Source of the DNA: Spirochaetales bacterium | Lineage (GTDB): Bacteria; Spirochaetota; Spirochaetia; JABEVK01 | Length of the DNA stretch: 64,000 nucleotides | Direction: 5' to 3' | NCBI GenBank assembly: GCA_037142615.1 | Contig: JBAXAI010000014.1 | Coordinates: forward strand, 1 to 64,000 | Shown: positions 40,840 to 50,319 of the stretch, piece by piece | Layout of the letters: each line of letters begins with the position of its first letter | Numbering within the stretch: position 1 is the stretch's first letter | Notes under the pieces: generated by a model | The model's input: the letters and a program-made list of their open reading frames with translations, nothing else | Database searches by the model: none | What the model was told of the DNA's origin: nothing | Program-made: the position numbers and the translations under genes

Positions 40840-42215
40840 AGGCGCAGGAACGACGCTTCATCGATCTCGTTCAGGCGATGGGTCACGTAAATCAAGGTGT
40901 GGTCAGGATTCTGGGCCCACAAGGCGACCCGGTTGAGGAACCGTTGCTGAGCGGCGGGATCGAGGCCCTGACACGGTTCGTCGAGCAGCAGGAGTTTCTG
41001 ACCCGCGACCAAGGCTCGGGCCAGCAAGAGCAGCCGCTGGGTTCCCCAGCTGAGGTCTTCCCACAGCGCCAGGGCCGCCGCTTCGAGGCCCCACTCGGCG
41101 GCCAGGAGGCGGCAGGCGTTGACCTCGCTCCACCGGGGTTCGGTCCAAAGGCCAATGGTGCCGGCAAAACCCGAGGCCATCACCTCGAGGCCGGTGGTTC
41201 GTGCCAGCCGTCGAAACCCGAGGTGGGCCGAGTAGCTCACCAGCGCCACTTCCTGGCGCAGTTCGTCGAGCGTCAACTCGGGCCCGCGCCGACGACCGGC
41301 GATGCGCACGTCGTTGCAAAACACCTGCGGGTGGTCCCCGGCGATGAGCGCCATCAGCGTGCTCTTGCCACTGCCGTTAGGGCCGGTCACCAGCCAGCGT
41401 TCGCCCCGGCGCACCGTCCAGGTAAAGTCTTTGAGCACCGCGAGATCGCCGTAGCCGGCGTTGACGTGGCGGAACTCGAGCACCGGTTCGGTGTCCAGCG
41501 GGGCGGCCTTGCCCACCGACAAGCGGCCGGCTCCGGGTTCTGTCGGGGTTGGTGTCGTCTTCGCCCCCCCGCCCACAGGCGAGTGCAGCGACCACCGGCG
41601 TTGTAGGCCCGTTGGCGCCAAGTCGGCCCGTTGGGTCAAAAACGCGAGGTCGGTGCCGCCCGCTGGTGAGTCCGGCGACTGCGCCTCTTCGAGCCGCGCC
41701 CGCAGCAACGCCACTCCGTCGGCATCCAGGCCTTCGAACGGTTCATCGAGCAACAGGAACGGAAGTTTTTGCCTCCAGGCGCGGGCCAAACACGCGCGCC
41801 GGAGTTCGCCCGTCGAGAGGTTCTTGAGGCCCCTGTCGGCTTTTTCGGCCAGGCCGAACCGCGCGAGCAAAGCCTCGTCGCCGACAAACTCGCGCACCAG
41901 GGTTCCGGGGTCGGGACTGTCGCGGTAGTCGCTGTCGTCGAGCTCGCGTTCGCGATCAACGAGCAGGCGCTGGCGTTCAAAGCCGATCCAGGCCTCCTCG
42001 GCCCGCGAAAGCTCGCTGTGCCGCTCAAACAGGCCCGCGACCGCATCCAGGTGCCCGGTGAACAGCGCCACCAGCGCCGACTTGCCGCTGCCGTTGGGCC
42101 CTTCGATGACCCAGCTTTCGCCACGACGCCAGGTCCAGGTGAGGTTCTCGACCAGCCGGTGGCGCCAGTCGCCGATGGTGCAACTTTCCAGTTTCACCCA
42201 GGTTTCGGCGTTCAA
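40824..42215 (-). CDS. ModF-like dual-NBD ABC ATPase
   Basis: GPNGSGKS twice, LSTGE, LLDEP twice; the TTG start overlaps the upstream stop. Confidence 0.85.
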   Translation of the reverse strand: MNAETWVKLESCTIGDWRHRLVENLTWTWRRGESWVIEGPNGSGKSALVALFTGHLDAVAGLFERHSELSRAEEAWIGFERQRLLVDRERELDDSDYRDSPDPGTLVREFVGDEALLARFGLAEKADRGLKNLSTGELRRACLARAWRQKLPFLLLDEPFEGLDADGVALLRARLEEAQSPDSPAGGTDLAFLTQRADLAPTGLQRRWSLHSPVGGGAKTTPTPTEPGAGRLSVGKAAPLDTEPVLEFRHVNAGYGDLAVLKDFTWTVRRGERWLVTGPNGSGKSTLMALIAGDHPQVFCNDVRIAGRRRGPELTLDELRQEVALVSYSAHLGFRRLARTTGLEVMASGFAGTIGLWTEPRWSEVNACRLLAAEWGLEAAALALWEDLSWGTQRLLLLARALVAGQKLLLLDEPCQGLDPAAQQRFLNRVALWAQNPDHTLIYVTHRLNEIDEASFLRLQMHE

Positions 42216-43849
42216 AAGATCCTCGGGAACAGGCCGCCGGTACGCTCGCGGTAGGCCCCGTAGTCGGGGTAGCGCGCGGCCAGCCAGCGCTCCTCGAGGC
42301 GGCTCTTGAACAGGAACACCACGATCAGGGCCAACGTCAGTGCCAGCAGAACCGGGTCTTTCCACAGCAGGGTCCAGGCCGTGAGCAGGCCGATCAGCGC
42401 GGTGTAAATGGGATGCCGCAGCACGCGGTAGGGGCCCGACTGCACCAGTTGTGAGGTTGCCAACGGTTGGGGAAGGGCCGTCAGGTTCTTGCCCAGCGTG
42501 AGCACGGACCACGCCGCCAAGGCGCCCGAAAGGGCGGCCAGTACCAGCGCCGCAACGAGTTCCCAGCCCGACCAAGCTGGACCCCAAACGAGGTGGCCCG
42601 GGAACTCGCGAGCGGCCCAGGGCCAGACCACGGCGACACCGAGCACGCCAAACTGCGCTGCGACAAAGTCGGCTCCCGAGCGAAGGGGACGCTCTTTCCC
42701 TGGCTCCGTTCGGTGGTGCCAGCGCCTCGCGAGCGCAAACGGCAGCCAGAACAGGGTAAAGACTGCCGCAGCAAGGAGTTCGAACCCAACGATGTAGCCG
42801 GGCGAAGGGCCAAAGACCCGGGCCAGCAGGTCGACAGGGCTGCCTTCGGGCGGCGGAAAACTCAGCACGAAGTAATTGCCCGGGTCGTGCGGGGGCAGCC
42901 ACACCAGCGCCGCGTTGAGCAGCGCGATCGGAACCAGCAGCACGTTCGTGACCAGCAGCACCCGGCCCAGCGCTCCCAGCGTGATGGCCTGTTTGCGCTC
43001 AGCGGCCAGCGCTGCGACGCTCACCAAAATCAGCCCGTGCGACAGGAAGAACGACACATAGCGCAGCGTGGGAAAGCCGGCCGCCCCCAGGTCGGGCGTC
43101 AGGAGCGCGATCAGGGCACCGCCGGTACCCCAAAACCAGACCACTTCGACCAACCGACGCCGCCAGCGGCCTTCGGGCATCAGGAGGGCGAACGGCAGCA
43201 CGAGGATGCTCAGGCCGCACAACTGCACCATGAGCGAGCCGTACACGCTCCAGCCACCCTGCAAGAACCATACCGACTGGTACACGATTTCGTTGCCCCA
43301 CAACAAGATCGCCAAGGTCCAGGCCATGCGGCGTGGCAACGCGCTCCGTTTGGTGACGCTGACAAAACTCGCGACCACCAGCACGAGGACGGCCAGCAGG
43401 GGGAACAGGTGCTGCGGCGAAAAGCTGCGGAAGGCTCCGGCTTCGGCGCCGGCGTTGACCGTGACCTGCCGGGGAGCCGTGCGAAGGGTTTGGCCGCCGG
43501 TGCTGGTCGCCTCGGCGACGAGCGTCCACTCGCCTGCGGCAAAAACCTCGAGGTGACCCTTCCAGCGGGCCAAGGGCAGCGCGGACCCTCCCCCGTGAAC
43601 GACGATCCGCTGCATCTCGGCCGACACTTCGGTTCCGGGCGCGCTCGCCGTCACGGTCACCTTGGCCAGAGCTTGGGGCCCCGGCGCGAACCAGGCGTCG
43701 CCGGCGAGGTCGATCCCGAAGCCCACCGTCTCACCAGCTGCCGGGTTGGCCAGCCTCACGCCCTCGGGCGTGCCCAGGGCGACGCTGAAGCCCAACGCGA
43801 GCGCCAACAGGCCCGCGAGACCGACGCCCAGGAACCAGCGATGGCCCAT
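42212..43849 (-). CDS. Fusion: Ig-like domain + YwaF/TIGR02206 membrane domain + ICMT/PEMT-type methyltransferase
   Basis: FSPQHL, QLC, ALLTPDL, FFLSHG, NYF (YwaF); LVQSGPYRVLRHPIY and EERWL..YPDYGAY (ICMT). Confidence 0.75.
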   Translation of the reverse strand: MGHRWFLGVGLAGLLALALGFSVALGTPEGVRLANPAAGETVGFGIDLAGDAWFAPGPQALAKVTVTASAPGTEVSAEMQRIVVHGGGSALPLARWKGHLEVFAAGEWTLVAEATSTGGQTLRTAPRQVTVNAGAEAGAFRSFSPQHLFPLLAVLVLVVASFVSVTKRSALPRRMAWTLAILLWGNEIVYQSVWFLQGGWSVYGSLMVQLCGLSILVLPFALLMPEGRWRRRLVEVVWFWGTGGALIALLTPDLGAAGFPTLRYVSFFLSHGLILVSVAALAAERKQAITLGALGRVLLVTNVLLVPIALLNAALVWLPPHDPGNYFVLSFPPPEGSPVDLLARVFGPSPGYIVGFELLAAAVFTLFWLPFALARRWHHRTEPGKERPLRSGADFVAAQFGVLGVAVVWPWAAREFPGHLVWGPAWSGWELVAALVLAALSGALAAWSVLTLGKNLTALPQPLATSQLVQSGPYRVLRHPIYTALIGLLTAWTLLWKDPVLLALTLALIVVFLFKSRLEERWLAARYPDYGAYRERTGGLFPRIF

Positions 43850-43850
43850 G

Positions 43851-44291
43851 TCAGTCGGCCTTCATGGCTGAATAGACGACAACGGGGCCGTCGCCGAGCC
43901 GCCACTCCAGCACTGCAATCTTGCGCACGGTCGATCGGTGCAACTGGTAGTTGACCTCCGGCTTTTCTCCCGGTGGAAGCTGCGTCAGGACGATCGGGAA
44001 CACGTCGGTCTTGCCGTCCAGAAAGTCGCTGAGCGCCACGGTCGAGTAGCCGGCACCGTACGGGCGCTGGTCAAAGGCGCCTTCGATGAGCACCAGGGCC
44101 TTCACGGTCCCGCGCTTGGCCGATGGCACCACATGAGCAATCTCGGCCGAGGTGGGCGGTCCCCGGCTGATCGTGAGTTTGTAGCCGTCACCTTCGACGC
44201 TCAGGCAGACGAAGTGCACCACAGAAGAGGTCTGTGCCGTGGCGGGCAAGGTGACCAAAAGCAGAAGAATAAAGGACAGGCAGCGGATCAT
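43851..44291 (-). CDS. Small exported hypothetical protein
   Basis: Signal peptide MIRCLSFILLLLVTLPATAQ; abuts the fusion gene. Confidence 0.6.
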   Translation of the reverse strand: MIRCLSFILLLLVTLPATAQTSSVVHFVCLSVEGDGYKLTISRGPPTSAEIAHVVPSAKRGTVKALVLIEGAFDQRPYGAGYSTVALSDFLDGKTDVFPIVLTQLPPGEKPEVNYQLHRSTVRKIAVLEWRLGDGPVVVYSAMKAD

Positions 44292-44407
44292 TCCCTCACC
44301 GTGCCTGAGTCGGCTGTCGGACGTCAAGTGTCGTGCGGGAGCAGCCAAGGAGAATGGAGATTTGACGAAAAACTGTTGACTGACCTAAACTTCCTGAGGA
44401 GGAAACT

Positions 44408-45556
44408 ATGGACCATCGTGTTTTTCAACGTCCGCTCCGGATCTTGATCGGTGCCACGTTCGTGGCCATCTTCGCCGCTTCGTGCAGCCTTTTTGGCGGG
44501 GGCACCGTTAATCTCAAGGTGTCGGTCACGCCACCCACGGCGTCGCGCGCCTTGATGGCCAGATCGGCCGAGGGAGCCCGAGCGCTGACTGTCCCGCCCG
44601 CCTCGCAGACGCTCGCCACCTTCACTCCCGACAGCCTCAAGGTGCGCCTCGTCGCAGTCACCATCGCCAAGCAGATGACTTTTGACACTTCTGCCGGTGG
44701 CTTGGTGGCCGGTGATGCCCCTCAGGCGCTCCTGTTCAACAAGCCCGACTGGATTACCCTTACCCCGGCGGCGACGACCACCGACGCCTTCGACGTGTCG
44801 CCTTCGCTCCCCTTGGGCTCACCCACTCAGTTTGGCGGCGTTCTGATTTGCTACGGTGACGGCGCCACTCCCAACGATCCGCCACCCTACAGCAGCCACG
44901 TGAAGGTGACGGGGACCTACAGCGTCGCGGGCGAGACACACACCGTCACTGATCTCTTGCTTTCCTGGGGCACCACCGGGATCGGGCTCAATATGCCCTC
45001 GCTGATCGACACGAGCACGGGCGACGTTCCCGTTGTGCGGCTGGTCTTCGATCTTGATGACTCGGTCTTGGTCAAGAAGGACAGCGTGGGCGGAGGCGAC
45101 TGGGTGGAAGATCCGAACAATCCCGGTTTCTTCCTCAGCCTGAACAGTCTGCTCTTTGTGCCCTACGTTGGTTCCAAGGTGCCAACCGTTGAAAAGTTCG
45201 CGGTCGACCTCGACCCGACCCTGACCAGCTACGACCCCGACCAATGGTTCCTGCGGGTCGTCCTCTTTTTCGACGGGACGAACTTGGCCGGAGGCGGCTT
45301 CCGGACAGCTGCGCGCTTGGGCAACACGCTCACTTCCATCACGTTTAGTCCCGGAACGCTGTACTTCCCGAAGTTGACTGGCAATACCGACGGCACCTGG
45401 AAGATCGACTCGGAAGACTATGGCAGAGGACCCTCTTCCAACGTGGTGTTCCCGGCGTTCGGCACGGGCACGACAGGCAGCGGAACCTTGCAGTACTCCC
45501 CCTTCGGTGCCGCGACGCCGCAGACTTTGGCCTACACCGCAACGAAGCTCAACTGA
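44408..45556 (+). CDS. Hypothetical lipoprotein (beta-rich)
   Basis: GAGGAGG RBS, lipobox FAASC, TTGACG...TAAACT promoter. Confidence 0.8.
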   Translation: MDHRVFQRPLRILIGATFVAIFAASCSLFGGGTVNLKVSVTPPTASRALMARSAEGARALTVPPASQTLATFTPDSLKVRLVAVTIAKQMTFDTSAGGLVAGDAPQALLFNKPDWITLTPAATTTDAFDVSPSLPLGSPTQFGGVLICYGDGATPNDPPPYSSHVKVTGTYSVAGETHTVTDLLLSWGTTGIGLNMPSLIDTSTGDVPVVRLVFDLDDSVLVKKDSVGGGDWVEDPNNPGFFLSLNSLLFVPYVGSKVPTVEKFAVDLDPTLTSYDPDQWFLRVVLFFDGTNLAGGGFRTAARLGNTLTSITFSPGTLYFPKLTGNTDGTWKIDSEDYGRGPSSNVVFPAFGTGTTGSGTLQYSPFGAATPQTLAYTATKLN

Positions 45557-45596
45557 CGGCTTGACAACCCGGGGGTCAGGCAGGATTCTAGACGGC

Positions 45597-46460
45597 ATGA
45601 ATGTCTTCAGCCGTAGTTGGAACCTGACCAAACTGACCTTCGGGGTCATCAACAAAGACAAGGAGTTGCTGGTTTTCGCGCTCCTGTCCTTTGTCTTTTC
45701 GGCCGCCTACTCGGTGGCCATGATTTACCCGGCAATTCTGCCCTACCTCGCCGACACCAACTGGAGCGAAGAGACCCACATGTGGGTGCAGATCGGGGTT
45801 GTGTTTGCCACCTACTTTGGGCTTGCCATCATCGCGACGTTTTTCAACGTCTGCGTGGTCTTTACGGCCAAAACCCGTTTTGAGGGTGGCAACGCCACCT
45901 TCGCGCAGAGCTTGGGGTTCGCCTTTTCGCGCTTTGGCCGCATCCTTCAGTGGAGCCTCGTGTCGGCGACGGTCGGACTGCTGTTGTGGCTGATCCAGGA
46001 AGCTGCGTCCAAACTCGGCAAAGTGGGCAAGTTCATCGGCGGCCTGCTTACCGGCCTGCTCGGCGCCGCTTGGAGTGTGATCACGCTTTTTGTGGTTCCC
46101 GTGATGGTGTACGAAAACAAGGGGCCTTTCGCCTCGATCAAGAAGTCGGTCGATGTGATCGCCAAGACCTGGGGCGAAAGCCTGGTGAAGGGAATCGGCT
46201 TGGGTTTGGTTCAGTTTCTCGTTTACGTGCTGCTGCTGGCGGCCACGGGGGCTGGCGTGTATTACCTGTACGACGCCAATAACCTGACCGCCGTATGGGT
46301 CACGCTGGGTACCGGGGTCGCGGTTCTGCTTTTGGCGATTCTGGTGTTCTCGGTGGCCAGCACCGTGTTCAACACGGCGCTGTACGTGTTCGCCGAGACG
46401 GGCAAGGTATCCAACGGCTTCAATGCCGAAACCCTTGGCGGCGCTGTCCGAAAAGCCTAA
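45597..46460 (+). CDS. Membrane protein (DUF6159-like)
   Basis: FSRSWNL..DKELLVF, ILQWSLVSATVG, KTWGESL; TTGACA-17-GATTCT-7-ATG. Confidence 0.75.
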   Translation: MNVFSRSWNLTKLTFGVINKDKELLVFALLSFVFSAAYSVAMIYPAILPYLADTNWSEETHMWVQIGVVFATYFGLAIIATFFNVCVVFTAKTRFEGGNATFAQSLGFAFSRFGRILQWSLVSATVGLLLWLIQEAASKLGKVGKFIGGLLTGLLGAAWSVITLFVVPVMVYENKGPFASIKKSVDVIAKTWGESLVKGIGLGLVQFLVYVLLLAATGAGVYYLYDANNLTAVWVTLGTGVAVLLLAILVFSVASTVFNTALYVFAETGKVSNGFNAETLGGAVRKA

Positions 46461-46472
46461 CCGGTTGCCGGC

Positions 46473-47675
46473 TTATTTCATCTGGGCCGCAAGCGAACGG
46501 AAGAACTCGATCGACTGGAGTTCCATGTCGTCGCCGTCCTTGTTGTAGTCCTGATAGGCTGCTGTTCGGGCGATCACGATTCCTGTGGCCGGTGAAACGT
46601 AAATGGCTTGCCCGTAGATCCCGATGGCCAGAAAGTCGCTTTGATCGCCTTCGGGCACCCACCACTGGTAACCGTAGCCCAGCACCCAACTCGAGCTGTC
46701 GCGTTTGCCGGGCATGAGGTGGGGAGCGTCGGGCGTCACCGAGGCTTTCACCCAGTCCGCCGGGACCACTTGCACCCCGTTCCAGTTGCCTTGGTGAAGG
46801 TACAGCCGCCCAAACCGCGCGTAGTCGCGAAGCACCGCGTTGAAGCCTCCAAAGGCCGCCTCCATGCCGGCACCGTCGATGAGCCAGGCAGCGTCGGCCT
46901 CCATGCCCAGAGGCTTCCACAACTGTTCCTCGGTCAGCGCTGTCAAAGTCCTGCCCGTGGCTTTTGTCAGAACCATTCCGAGGACCTGGGTATCCATGCT
47001 CACGTAGTGGTTGAAGGTGCCCGGCTTGCGGCCGTTCTTGAGGCCCGCGACGAAGTTCGCCAACGGCAGGTCGAGCGCAAAGTAGCGGCCCATGGCGTTG
47101 ATGTCGCTGTTGAAATCGCCGTAGTCCTCGTTGAAGGTGATGCCCGACGACATTTGCAGCACGTCCTTAAGGCGCACCAGGCCGTACCCGGAGTCGCGAA
47201 GCTCGGGCACGTACTGGGCCACCGGGTCGTCCAAACTGGTGATTTTGCCCTGGCCGACGGCAATGCCGAACAGGGCCGACAGCAGCGACTTGCTTACAGA
47301 CCACGCGATGGCGCGAGAGGTTTCGGTGTTGCCGCGGAAGTAGTTCTCATACAGGATGGTATCGTCGCGGACGACGATCAGCCCGGTGGTGTTGGTCTTG
47401 TCGATAAAGGCCTGAACCGGCAAATCTTTGCCTTGCCACGAGTAATTGATGGGTAGGGGCCGGGCCGTGCGCTGGAAGGTCCACGGGGCGGGGCTCTTGG
47501 GCACCGTGCGCGAGGCAAGCTGGGTGTCCATCGTGCGGAAGTTGACGTCGATCTCGGGCGTCTCAAACAGGTTCAACACGTGGACAAGCCGGCGCACAGG
47601 GTCGTACACCAGCATCGAGCCGACCACCACCGCAACGGCCACGATGGCCCACAGGATTCTCGTTCGAGTTTTCAT
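46473..47675 (-). CDS. Serine hydrolase, beta-lactamase/AmpC family
   Basis: WSVSKS (SxxK), FNHYVSMDT, RDYARFG, YGYQWW, GIYGQ. Confidence 0.9.
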   Translation of the reverse strand: MKTRTRILWAIVAVAVVVGSMLVYDPVRRLVHVLNLFETPEIDVNFRTMDTQLASRTVPKSPAPWTFQRTARPLPINYSWQGKDLPVQAFIDKTNTTGLIVVRDDTILYENYFRGNTETSRAIAWSVSKSLLSALFGIAVGQGKITSLDDPVAQYVPELRDSGYGLVRLKDVLQMSSGITFNEDYGDFNSDINAMGRYFALDLPLANFVAGLKNGRKPGTFNHYVSMDTQVLGMVLTKATGRTLTALTEEQLWKPLGMEADAAWLIDGAGMEAAFGGFNAVLRDYARFGRLYLHQGNWNGVQVVPADWVKASVTPDAPHLMPGKRDSSSWVLGYGYQWWVPEGDQSDFLAIGIYGQAIYVSPATGIVIARTAAYQDYNKDGDDMELQSIEFFRSLAAQMK

Positions 47676-47739
47676 GAACGCCAGTATACGCCGGGTGTCG
47701 GCAGCTGTCACCGGGAATCCGCACCGAGGGGAATCGAGT

Positions 47740-50319
47740 CTAGTGGATGACCCGGATGGTTTCGGTGAAGCCGTCACCCACGTACAACGCCGTTCCGTCG
47801 GTGATGAGCGAGAACGGCTGGCCCCAGCGGGACGCGTTGCCGGCCCCCTCGATGTTGCCGGCCTTGAACAGCGTGGTACCGTCGGGATCGGGTCCCGCCA
47901 GGGTGGTGGTGGCACCGGTCGTCTTGTCGACCTTTCGGATGGTCCCGCTATTGGAATCGCACACGTACAGCCAGGTGCCATCGGTGGTGATCTCCCGCAG
48001 CAGCGAGAACCCCGCCTGCGACGCGCTGCCGTTGGCGTAGGGCGCCGTTTGACCAGCGCTGCGGGCCGTGTCGTAGTTGGCCACGCTTCCGGCCAGCGTG
48101 CCCACCTTGCCCGTAGCGATTTCCAGGGTCCGGATGGTACCGTTTAACACGTCGCTGATGTACAGGAACTCTCCGTCCGTGGTCAGTGCGATGGGATAAT
48201 AGAAGGACGCCACCCGGGAGACCCCGTCGATGGGGTTGGGGTCATCGGTCAAGTTGGTGTTGTTGCCATTGCCGAAGGTGCTCGTGAAGGTGCCTTGGCT
48301 TCCATTCACGGGGGTCCCGCCTGCTAGTGTCTTGACGTCGCCCGTGGCCGGGTCGATACGTCGGATGGCCCAGTTTTTGTAGTCGGTGAGGTACAGGTAG
48401 TGGCCGTCGTTGGTCAGACCGTGGGGATCGTTGAGGCGGGCGTTGGCCCCCGTGCCGTCGGCGAACCCGGTCTGGTTGGGGGCACCGGCCAAGGTGCTGC
48501 TCACTCCCGTTCGGAGATCGATCTTGCGGATGGTGTTGGCGTACGAGTCGCTGACGTAGAGCGCCTGGTTGAGGTAGGTCATGCCCGACGGATTGATGTA
48601 GCGCGCGGCCTCGCCGGTCCCATCGGTGATGCCACCGACGCCAGAGCTGCCGCTGAGGTTGGTCACCGTCCCTGTTGCTGGGTCCAGATGACGGATCGTG
48701 TAGCCGGCGTAGTCGGACAGCCAGAGGTCCTTGCCGTTGGTCGCCAAGCCCCAGGGGGTGTTGATCCGCGCTGCTGACCCCGTGCCATCCACGTCCTTGG
48801 CACTGGTGCCCGCCACCAAGGCACTGAAGGGGTTGGTGTTGGTCCCGCGGTAGTTGGTCACGGCGTGGACGGTGGACGAGTTCTGGTCCACGACGTACAG
48901 CGTGTACGTGCCCCCCGCGTCGACGTACTCCGACAAGTTGGTCGGACCGCTGTAGCGGATGTTGGCCGACCCGTTGCCATCCTTCACGTAGAAGTCACCG
49001 GGGCTGCCGAGGGCGGTCAGAGCGACCCCCTGGTCATCGACCTGCTGGAGTCCCGGGTTGGCCGGGTCGTTGTTCTTCAGGTTGGTGATTCGCCGGATGC
49101 TGTTGTTGCCCGGGTCGGCCACGTAGAGCGAGTTGAAGGTGAAGACCATGCCGGCGACTGTGCTCTCGAAGTTGAAGGCCGCCGTGGTACCCGGACCGTT
49201 GTTGAAGGCGGCGACGGCGGCGTAGCTGTTCCCGACGAGGCGCTTCCAGGTGCCGGTGCCCGGCATGCTCGAGATCTTGAGCTGGTACGCCGCGTTGCGG
49301 TTGTTGTCGTTGACCCACAACCAGACGGAGCCGGAACTCGAGGCGACGGTGATTCCCCCAAAAGTTCCCATGGCGAAGCCCGTCGGCCCGGGCACATTGG
49401 CCGACGTCCCGTCCACGGTCGACACCGCCCGGATGAACGTCCCGTCGGTGAGATACAGGTACGTGCCGTACAGGCAGATGGCCGTCGGGCGTTGGAAGGT
49501 CGCCGCCAAGGGACCGCCGCTCAGCGTGGTGACGGCTTTCGTCGCCAGATCGACCTTGCGAATCGCCAAATTGCCCCGGTCGGCCACGTACAGCACGTGG
49601 GTGGCGACGTCGATCACCATGCCCTTGGGTTCATTGAACCGGGCAGCGCTGCCCGTGTCGTCGACGTAGCCCGGTTCGCCCTGCTTGCCGACAAACTCCA
49701 CCGTCTCCTGCGAGTTCACGTCGATAGCCCAAATGAGGTTGTAGCTGCTGTCTGAAACGTAGAGCGTGTTGCCGTCGCGAACCGCGGCCTCGGGTGTGCC
49801 GAACACCGAAGCTTTGCCCACCAACGTCGTCGTCTCGCCCTTGAGGTTGAGATCCTTGCCCTGAATCACCCCGCCCATCAACCCTGTTTCGCCAAGGGTC
49901 ATCACCACTTTGTAGTCGACCGCAGCGCCGGTTGTCGGGGTCACCGTGAACACCTTGGTGTGCTCGGCGGCCGACCAGTCCAGGGCCATGCCGGCGGTGT
50001 AGGGCGCCCCGTCGATGGCGATACTGGCCCCCTGAAAGTCCAAGTCGGCCACCAGCGCGGTCAGCGGCGTCCATTTGGGAATCGTCAGCCGGTAGGTAAT
50101 CCCGTCAGCGTCGGCAACTGCCGGAAGGTCGCTCACCAGGCTGACGTTCTTGTCAGCGGTAAACACGAACTTCGACAGAACCTTTGCCTCGTCGCCGAGC
50201 ACCTTGGCCTTGATTCCCTGCGCCAACGGGCTCGCACAGCCTGCGAGGAGTGCCAGCAAAGCCCCGGCCCCCGTGATCCACAGCGCTCGCTGGTTCCAGG
50301 TCCGGCGGACTAGTTCCAT
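47740..50319 (-). CDS. Large NHL-repeat (beta-propeller) lipoprotein
   Basis: Lipobox LLAGC; repeated DGTG.AAR.N.P.G...DG..LYVSD...TIRKID units. Confidence 0.85.
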   Translation of the reverse strand: MELVRRTWNQRALWITGAGALLALLAGCASPLAQGIKAKVLGDEAKVLSKFVFTADKNVSLVSDLPAVADADGITYRLTIPKWTPLTALVADLDFQGASIAIDGAPYTAGMALDWSAAEHTKVFTVTPTTGAAVDYKVVMTLGETGLMGGVIQGKDLNLKGETTTLVGKASVFGTPEAAVRDGNTLYVSDSSYNLIWAIDVNSQETVEFVGKQGEPGYVDDTGSAARFNEPKGMVIDVATHVLYVADRGNLAIRKVDLATKAVTTLSGGPLAATFQRPTAICLYGTYLYLTDGTFIRAVSTVDGTSANVPGPTGFAMGTFGGITVASSSGSVWLWVNDNNRNAAYQLKISSMPGTGTWKRLVGNSYAAVAAFNNGPGTTAAFNFESTVAGMVFTFNSLYVADPGNNSIRRITNLKNNDPANPGLQQVDDQGVALTALGSPGDFYVKDGNGSANIRYSGPTNLSEYVDAGGTYTLYVVDQNSSTVHAVTNYRGTNTNPFSALVAGTSAKDVDGTGSAARINTPWGLATNGKDLWLSDYAGYTIRHLDPATGTVTNLSGSSGVGGITDGTGEAARYINPSGMTYLNQALYVSDSYANTIRKIDLRTGVSSTLAGAPNQTGFADGTGANARLNDPHGLTNDGHYLYLTDYKNWAIRRIDPATGDVKTLAGGTPVNGSQGTFTSTFGNGNNTNLTDDPNPIDGVSRVASFYYPIALTTDGEFLYISDVLNGTIRTLEIATGKVGTLAGSVANYDTARSAGQTAPYANGSASQAGFSLLREITTDGTWLYVCDSNSGTIRKVDKTTGATTTLAGPDPDGTTLFKAGNIEGAGNASRWGQPFSLITDGTALYVGDGFTETIRVIH

